Made by a program: the position numbers and the translations under genes. Source: a virus (Duplodnaviria; Caudoviricetes). Taken from it: DNA of 49,931 nucleotides. Shown here in pieces: positions 44,723-49,931 of the stretch (positions are counted from its first letter, which is position 1; the number at the start of each line of letters is the position of its first letter). The notes under the pieces are model-generated. The model saw only the letters and a list, made by a program, of their open reading frames with translations. It had not been told where the DNA came from and made no database searches. The stretch is from IMG/VR virus record IMGVR_UViG_3300048577_000498, positions 1-49,931 of that record. One strand, given 5' to 3'.

Positions 44723-45063
44723 GGCAGACACCTCTCGGCCGCGAAGGCGCGGGCGGCGGCGGCGTAAACGTCTGGGAGGAGCACGCCGGCGATTTTTGCC
44801 CAGCGCACATAGTCCGGCCCGTCCACGCCCCCCGTGATGTCGACGAGCTTGGCAAGCGCCTGCAGAAGGAGAGCTGTCTCGGCGGCGATGAAGCGCTCGT
44901 CGGCCATCGGCCGCTCGATCGCCGCGGCGACTTCCGCGGCGAGGCGCTTGCAGTCCTCGATGCGGCCGCGGCGGGATGCCGGCCGCGCCATGATGTCGAG
45001 GGTGAGCGCGACCACCTCGTCGAGGACCTGGTGCTGGCGGCGCGGCAACACGATGTTGTTCAT
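44719..45063 (-). CDS. hypothetical protein
   Basis: ATGA-coupled ORF. Confidence 0.55.
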   Translation of the reverse strand: MNNIVLPRRQHQVLDEVVALTLDIMARPASRRGRIEDCKRLAAEVAAAIERPMADERFIAAETALLLQALAKLVDITGGVDGPDYVRWAKIAGVLLPDVYAAAARAFAAERCLP

Positions 45064-45569
45064 GGCGTCTCTCCCTCGTCGCACGGCGGCGGCTGCCGCG
45101 GCGCCGGCACGTCACCGATGATGTCGTCGAGGGGATCGCCGTCGGGCCGCATGGCGACCGCGGCGGCGCCAGCGAAAGCGGCGAAGAAGAAGATCGCGAC
45201 GGCGGCGCTCATCACCATGACGCCGATCCGGCGGGCGTCACCGTCGGCGCAACCGGTGAGCAGAAGCGCCAGCCCCGTGACCGCGATCAGGGTCACGAGC
45301 GGGCGGCGGCAAGAACCCGGGGTAACTGAAGCCGGGACCGGCCGCCGCCCTGCCGCCGCCGGGAGGGCTTCTTTCGGCGGCGGCAACGGAGCGAAGAAGG
45401 CGCGGCACCACGCCGCGTCGGCGCGGCGCCGCCTCGCCGGCCGGGCGAACGCGCGACCCTGGTCCATCTCGGCGAAAGCGAGGATGAAGAGCGCGATTCC
45501 GAGCGCGATCGCCATCATGGCGATCATCACCGCGGACTGCGCCGGCGAAAGATCGGCGTCGGGGATCAT
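45060..45569 (-). CDS. membrane protein
   Basis: Three hydrophobic segments; coupled overlaps. Confidence 0.5.
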   Translation of the reverse strand: MIPDADLSPAQSAVMIAMMAIALGIALFILAFAEMDQGRAFARPARRRRADAAWCRAFFAPLPPPKEALPAAAGRRPVPASVTPGSCRRPLVTLIAVTGLALLLTGCADGDARRIGVMVMSAAVAIFFFAAFAGAAAVAMRPDGDPLDDIIGDVPAPRQPPPCDEGETP

Positions 45570-45811
45570 CGGTCAGGCTCCACGTCGCAGGGGGGAAGAA
45601 CGGGCGCAGGCGCATGCACGGCGCCGAAAATGCCGTCGCCGAGCCGGTGCAGGCGCAGCGTGCGGGCGCCGGCGAACACGCCCGGCTCTCGCGCGATCGG
45701 CACGCCGATGAGGACGCCGAGGCCGGTGTCGACAATCGCCATCTCGCCGGCCGCGATGGCGGCGCGGACGTCCTGGAAGCCGGCGAAGTCGAAGGGGCGG
45801 CGCACGGTCAT
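45566..45811 (-). CDS. hypothetical protein
   Basis: ATGA-coupled ORF. Confidence 0.5.
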   Translation of the reverse strand: MTVRRPFDFAGFQDVRAAIAAGEMAIVDTGLGVLIGVPIAREPGVFAGARTLRLHRLGDGIFGAVHAPAPVLPPCDVEPDR

Positions 45812-46248
45812 GAGCGGCCTCCCCGTCCGGGCGCGGACCGGCGGCGCTTGAGTTCTTCGGCCTCGCGATGAAGTTCTTCCGAGCGCCGCTCGATCTCGCC
45901 GACATCATGGTCGTCGAGCATGGTCAGCCAGAAATTCGCCGTGCAGCCGTCCATCCATAGCCGCAGGAACACCTCGCCGTCGGGGCAGCGGCACAGCCGC
46001 TGATAGACCGCGCGCGAAAATCCCTGTTTACCGCCGAGCAGTCGCTCTGCCTGGCGCACGGTGACATCACCGTAGATGGACAGGTTTTGCGCCGCCTTCG
46101 GCTTCCAGAGCTTTTTGCATAGCTGGCGCACTTGGTGATCGAAGGCGGCCACCTGGTCGGAAAAACCGACCACCTGGTCGCAATTACCGACTACCTGGTC
46201 GCGGCGCGAATTTGCGTAATCGAGGAGATCGCGGGCATGCTTCGTCAT
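45808..46248 (-). CDS. putative CII-like regulator
   Basis: Position downstream of cro; HTH-like VTVRQAERLL segment; N-terminal DQV repeats. Confidence 0.5.
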   Translation of the reverse strand: MTKHARDLLDYANSRRDQVVGNCDQVVGFSDQVAAFDHQVRQLCKKLWKPKAAQNLSIYGDVTVRQAERLLGGKQGFSRAVYQRLCRCPDGEVFLRLWMDGCTANFWLTMLDDHDVGEIERRSEELHREAEELKRRRSAPGRGGRS

Positions 46249-46328
46249 GCTGCGGCTCGGGTCTGACGCGTTTCGTCGATGTGAAGGCGGATGTCGGCGC
46301 GGGCCGCGGCACAACGAGGACCCACGGG

Positions 46329-46490
46329 ATGCGGATCGAGTTTCAGATCTCGATCAGCCTGTCCGACCGGGCCCGCGAGCACGACAAGGTCAGGGCCGCC
46401 CAGCAGGTGTTGCTGATGATGGCGGCCGAGATCGTGCGGGCGAGCGCGGCCTGGGACGGACGGGCGAAGGACACCGACCCGAAGGCCTGA
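46329..46490 (+). CDS. small hypothetical protein
   Basis: 53 aa ORF with upstream GAGGA; antisense to the early operon. Confidence 0.4.
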   Translation: MRIEFQISISLSDRAREHDKVRAAQQVLLMMAAEIVRASAAWDGRAKDTDPKA

Positions 46491-46897
46491 CGGGGTGCAA
46501 TTCGCACCTTGCGGCCCAAAGTCACCGCTTGGCCCGCCATACAACCCAGGATTAGGGGTCGCCCGATAGGCAGGTTTCGGCAACCATAGACACGCATCGG
46601 GGGGCGATTTTGATGGCGCATATACGCGCAAACGGGTATGTGACGCGACCTCGCGGGCGACCGGCGCAACCCGCAATGGGTGCCGTTGACGGTCCGCGAC
46701 CGCGCCGACGGCCGTCCCGACAATCGCTGAAATTTCCGTTAGGATACAGCCACTTAGCCTCGCTATTCCGGTGCGGCCGACAGCCGCGCCCGTGGTCGCT
46801 TGGCTGCCTGTTCGGCGCCGGTAGCATGCTCCGCGCACCCCGAAACAAAGGGGACCGACATGGGGCTTGTGATCAATCTGCGGGTGTGGAGCCGTCG

Positions 46898-47146
46898 TCA
46901 TGACGCGGGCTCCGGCGCTGAAGTGCCGCTCTCAACCTTGTCCCCACCGAAGCCAGCCAGGGCCTCGAATGTGACGGCGGAAATTCCCCGTGCACGTGCC
47001 TCGGCGACCAAGGCGCCCCAATATGCGGATGGGATGCCGCCACGGGCGCGCCAACTGCTCACCGTGGAGGCCGCCACGCCGAGAAGCCCGGCAACCTTGC
47101 CTGTGCCACCCAGCGCGTCGATGACCGAATCAGCGTTTGCGTCCAT
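46898..47146 (-). CDS. Cro-like repressor
   Basis: IDALGG...VA..LGV..STVSSWR.RG.IP; divergent from the cI-like gene. Confidence 0.8.
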   Translation of the reverse strand: MDANADSVIDALGGTGKVAGLLGVAASTVSSWRARGGIPSAYWGALVAEARARGISAVTFEALAGFGGDKVESGTSAPEPAS

Positions 47147-47160
47147 AGATGCCGAACTAC

Positions 47161-47201
47161 TTCGCAAATTGCGAAGCGGTCAAGAGTTCGCAGAATGCGA
47201 A
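47161..47201. promoter_or_regulatory. operator pair between cro and cI
   Basis: TTCGCA-AAT-TGCGAA (47161-47175) and TTCGCA-GAA-TGCGAA (47187-47201) flanking a minus-strand TTGACC. Confidence 0.8.
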
Positions 47202-47237
47202 AAGACAATTTCCACATCGCATGCTGGAATCTGCAGC

Positions 47238-47564
47238 ATGCGAAGCGACCCCACCGAGATGGCGATCAGACTCGCCGCGACACGGAAAGCGCTCGGCTAT
47301 GAGGGCCAGACAGAGTTTTGCGAGGAGATCGAGGTCGGACTGAACACCTACAATCCGTTTGAAAAGGCAAAGCGCCTCATATCGTTAGGCGTTGCCATCA
47401 AGATCAAGGCCAGGTTCGGCGTTCCGCTTGATTGGACGATCCTGGGCGACATGGCTTTCCTGCCGACATCCATCTCCAAGAGCTATCGCGAAGCCCGGCC
47501 GATCGCCGAAAAGGAATTCTTCGCACGCACACGGAAGAAATCAGGCAAACGCAAAGTCGCATGA
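47238..47564 (+). CDS. CI-like XRE-family HTH repressor (no peptidase domain)
   Basis: RLAATRKALG...QTEF...YNPFEK..R...FGVPLDW.ILG. Confidence 0.8.
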   Translation: MRSDPTEMAIRLAATRKALGYEGQTEFCEEIEVGLNTYNPFEKAKRLISLGVAIKIKARFGVPLDWTILGDMAFLPTSISKSYREARPIAEKEFFARTRKKSGKRKVA

Positions 47565-47609
47565 TGCGAAGTCTATGACTTGACGATTTCGCAATATGCG
47601 AAGTAGGTT
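47556..47609 (+). promoter_or_regulatory. operator pair and rightward promoter for the xis/int operon
   Basis: GTCGCA-TGA-TGCGAA (47556-47570), TTCGCA-ATA-TGCGAA (47588-47602); TTGACG at 47580 and TAGGTT at 47604. Confidence 0.75.
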
Positions 47610-47644
47610 TGGCTCACGCAAAGCCGTGAGACCGAACCCGCGCC

Positions 47645-48064
47645 ATGCCCGACCGCATCACCGCCCGCGTCATCCTGATCACCGGCCGCAACGTCGCGCT
47701 GCGGCTCGAGCGATTGTACTGGCGCGATCTCCAGGCCCGCGCCAAGCGCGGCCACATGAAGCTCACCGATCTCCTCGCCGCCGCGATCGCCGGCGGCGAC
47801 ACCCGCACCGCCTCGGCACTGGTGCGACGAAAGCTGTTCGCCTGGCGGGGCGCCGAGATCGCTGCCCAGGCTGACCGCATCGCGCATCTCCAACGCCAGC
47901 TCGCCGAGGCGCGAGCCGAACTCAAGCTCTTCCACTCGACCCGCGGCCGGCCCTCCCCCATCGCCGCGGTTCTGCCTGCCGCTCCGGAGGCGCCGCCCGC
48001 GCCGGGACGGCAGGGCTTTGCCCTACCGTCCGTCTTGGGCCACTCACCCGCCTTGGAGGCTTGA
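47645..48064 (+). CDS. hypothetical protein, possible ribbon-helix-helix-like regulator
   Basis: LRLERLYW..L...A and ASALVR pattern; first gene after the promoter. Confidence 0.5.
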   Translation: MPDRITARVILITGRNVALRLERLYWRDLQARAKRGHMKLTDLLAAAIAGGDTRTASALVRRKLFAWRGAEIAAQADRIAHLQRQLAEARAELKLFHSTRGRPSPIAAVLPAAPEAPPAPGRQGFALPSVLGHSPALEA

Positions 48065-48065
48065 A

Positions 48066-48470
48066 GTGAGCAAGCGCTTGACGATCGCGCTCCGCGTCGA
48101 AGCGGCCTACGAGATTTCCCGGCTCTGCCGCCAATTGGCCGAACTCCGCATCGACGGCGGCGAGGGTGACGCCATCTACCGCGCCCTCGACATTCTCAAC
48201 GAGCTGAAGGAGCCGCGGCCGGACCTCAGCCGAATCTCCGCGCTGCTCGCCACAATCGCCGACCGGCCAAAGCTCGACAGCGCCGATAGGTCGACTGTCG
48301 GCAGGATGCTGGTCATCTGCGCCGATATCGCGAACAAGCTCGGCGTCCGCGCGCCCGCGGCAGCCCTGGAAGCCCAGCAGGCGGACGCCTCATGGGAGAG
48401 TTGGAACAGATACATCGGCCGCAATCCCGCCACAGGCGCGGTCCCGGTCGGCTCTGAGGCCTCCGCATGA
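48066..48470 (+). CDS. hypothetical protein
   Basis: GTG start after GGAGG; coupled to the next ORF. Confidence 0.55.
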   Translation: MSKRLTIALRVEAAYEISRLCRQLAELRIDGGEGDAIYRALDILNELKEPRPDLSRISALLATIADRPKLDSADRSTVGRMLVICADIANKLGVRAPAAALEAQQADASWESWNRYIGRNPATGAVPVGSEASA

Positions 48471-48550
48471 ACCTCGGCCTCGCCCTTTCCGCCCTCACCG
48501 CCGCCCTGGTGGCGATCCCCGTCCTCGTCGCTTTGTTCGGACCACGCTGA
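48467..48550 (+). CDS. 27-aa single-TM peptide
   Basis: MNLGLALSALTAALVAIPVLVALFGPR; ATGA overlap upstream, TGATG overlap with xis. Confidence 0.55.
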   Translation: MNLGLALSALTAALVAIPVLVALFGPR

Positions 48551-48867
48551 TGAAAGACGGCCTGTTCAGCCCGGCGGACGCCGCCGAATACCTGACTATC
48601 ACGGTCAAGACCTTGCGCGCGCACGTTCGAGACGGCAGCATCAGCTACATCCAGACCGGCCGCGGCAAGAAGCGCCCTCACTACGCCTTCGCCCGCGCCG
48701 ATCTCGACGCCTTCGCGGAGGCCCGCCGCCGTCGTCAGACCGTGAGCGTCCCATGTCCGTCTATCGACCGAAAGGCTCCACCGGATACGTCTTCGACTTC
48801 TGGCTCGACCGTCATCGGTTTTGTGGAGCGACGGGCGCAACTGAACGCCGCGCGGCCGAGCAAATAG
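48550..48867 (+). CDS. xis: excisionase-like HTH protein
   Basis: SPADAAEYL.I...TLR..V..G.I...DLDAF; directly upstream of the integrase. Confidence 0.8.
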   Translation: MKDGLFSPADAAEYLTITVKTLRAHVRDGSISYIQTGRGKKRPHYAFARADLDAFAEARRRRQTVSVPCPSIDRKAPPDTSSTSGSTVIGFVERRAQLNAARPSK

Positions 48868-49931
48868 AGGCCGACGAGCGCAGGAAGGCGCGCGAGAAGC
48901 TCGACCGCGAAGCGGCCTGCGCCGGAGCGCCTCTCACCATCAACCTCGCCTGCGATCGCTATTGGATCGAGGACGGGCAGCACAAGAGCAACAGCAGAGA
49001 CCTATTCCGGGATCTCGGCCGCCTGGTCGACTTCTTCGGCAAGGATAAGCTGCTCGCCGACATCCGCGACGACGATGTCGCCAAGCTGGTGGCATGGCGG
49101 CGCGGCCATCGCATCCAACGCCGCGGCAAACGGCCCAAGGATGCGCCGCCTTTGCCGCTGATCGCGCCTGCGACCGTCAACCGCTCGACCACGGAAGTCC
49201 TGCAGCGCGTGTTCGTGCGCGCCGTCAGGATCTGGAAGCTGCATCTTCCCGACGCCCCGCACTTCACCCAGCACATGCTGCTCGAGCCGGTCGAGCGCAT
49301 CCGCGAGCTGCGCGCCGACGAGGACGAGGCGCTCGCCGCCGCGCTCGATCCCGACTACGAAATCGTGCGCGAGTTCTCGCTCGCGTCGGGCCTTCGCATG
49401 CGCGAGACCTTGTTGACCTGGTCGCAGGTCGATCTCGATGCCGGGGTCATCATTCGTGCCGGCAAGGGCGGCCGTCCCATTCGTCTGCCGATCTCCTCGG
49501 AGATGCGCGAGATCCTGCTGACGCGGCGCGGCCACCACCCCGAATGGGTCTTCACCTACACGGCCAAGCGAACGCGCAAGGATGCGCCGCAAAAGCCCGG
49601 GCGCGGCCCACCCAAGCGCGTGCGCGGCGAGCGGCGACCGATCACCTATCAGGGCCTCAAGACACACTGGCGGCGCCGGCGTGCGGCTGCAGGGGTCGAA
49701 AACTACCGATGGCACGACAACCGCCACAGCTTCGCCACCAACCTCCTGCGGGCGACCGGCGGCAACTTCAAGTTGGTGCAGCGCGCCCTCAACCACGCCC
49801 GAATCGAGACGACGGCGAAATACGCCCACGTCCTCGACGACGAGGTGCGCGCCGGGCTCGAAGCGGCGTCGCAGACTCGTCGCAGGAAGTCCCGCGAAAA
49901 GTCCCGGGACGGCACTGGCGGAGCCGCCTAA
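48753..49931 (+). CDS. int: tyrosine recombinase/integrase
   Basis: SGLR..E, HDNRHSFAT, LNH and TAKYAH catalytic residues. Confidence 0.95.
   Translation: MSVYRPKGSTGYVFDFWLDRHRFCGATGATERRAAEQIEADERRKAREKLDREAACAGAPLTINLACDRYWIEDGQHKSNSRDLFRDLGRLVDFFGKDKLLADIRDDDVAKLVAWRRGHRIQRRGKRPKDAPPLPLIAPATVNRSTTEVLQRVFVRAVRIWKLHLPDAPHFTQHMLLEPVERIRELRADEDEALAAALDPDYEIVREFSLASGLRMRETLLTWSQVDLDAGVIIRAGKGGRPIRLPISSEMREILLTRRGHHPEWVFTYTAKRTRKDAPQKPGRGPPKRVRGERRPITYQGLKTHWRRRRAAAGVENYRWHDNRHSFATNLLRATGGNFKLVQRALNHARIETTAKYAHVLDDEVRAGLEAASQTRRRKSREKSRDGTGGAA

Larger units (their letters stand above)
1..49931. mobile_element. Temperate prophage: lambda-type head/packaging, P2-type contractile tail, P4-type replication, tyrosine integrase
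   Basis: Contiguous modular set of integrase, repressor, replication, terminase, portal, capsid, baseplate, sheath, tape measure and lysis genes; att sites not visible. Confidence 0.95.

Noticed and set aside
46800-47237. 254-aa extended repressor ORF from the track
   Set aside because: The extension overlaps the divergent cro gene and the operators; the HTH begins near 47238.
1-49931. attL/attR, tRNA or rRNA genes
   Set aside because: No terminal direct repeat or structural RNA gene was recognised; the window is trimmed to gene boundaries.

Overview
The window is an apparently near-complete temperate prophage of a high-GC, probably Rhizobiales-type alphaproteobacterium. It runs from a start codon to the integrase stop, so the att sites lie outside it. 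From right to left it carries: integrase/xis; a cI/cro-like switch with TTCGCA-N3-TGCGAA operators; a long leftward early operon (ParB-like proteins, a ParB/MT-A70 fusion, split P4-type primase and D5-like helicase, and a putative iteron origin); a NusG-like antiterminator; lambda-type packaging and head genes; a P2-type contractile tail; a lysis cluster (GH19 endolysin, 3TM holin, CHAP-like protein); a Dam-type methylase; and hicAB. The standout is a complete diversity-generating retroelement (DGR) at 36741-39463 (target-avd-TR-RT). Its 128-nt TR/VR pair has 7 mismatches, all at TR adenines, and a GACA-loop hairpin follows the VR. Unusually, it sits in the early/replication operon about 22-25 kb from the tail fibre, diversifies a short Mtd-like C-type-lectin-fold protein, and has its TR open and in frame with the RT. 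All family assignments come from motif recognition and gene context; no database searches were run.
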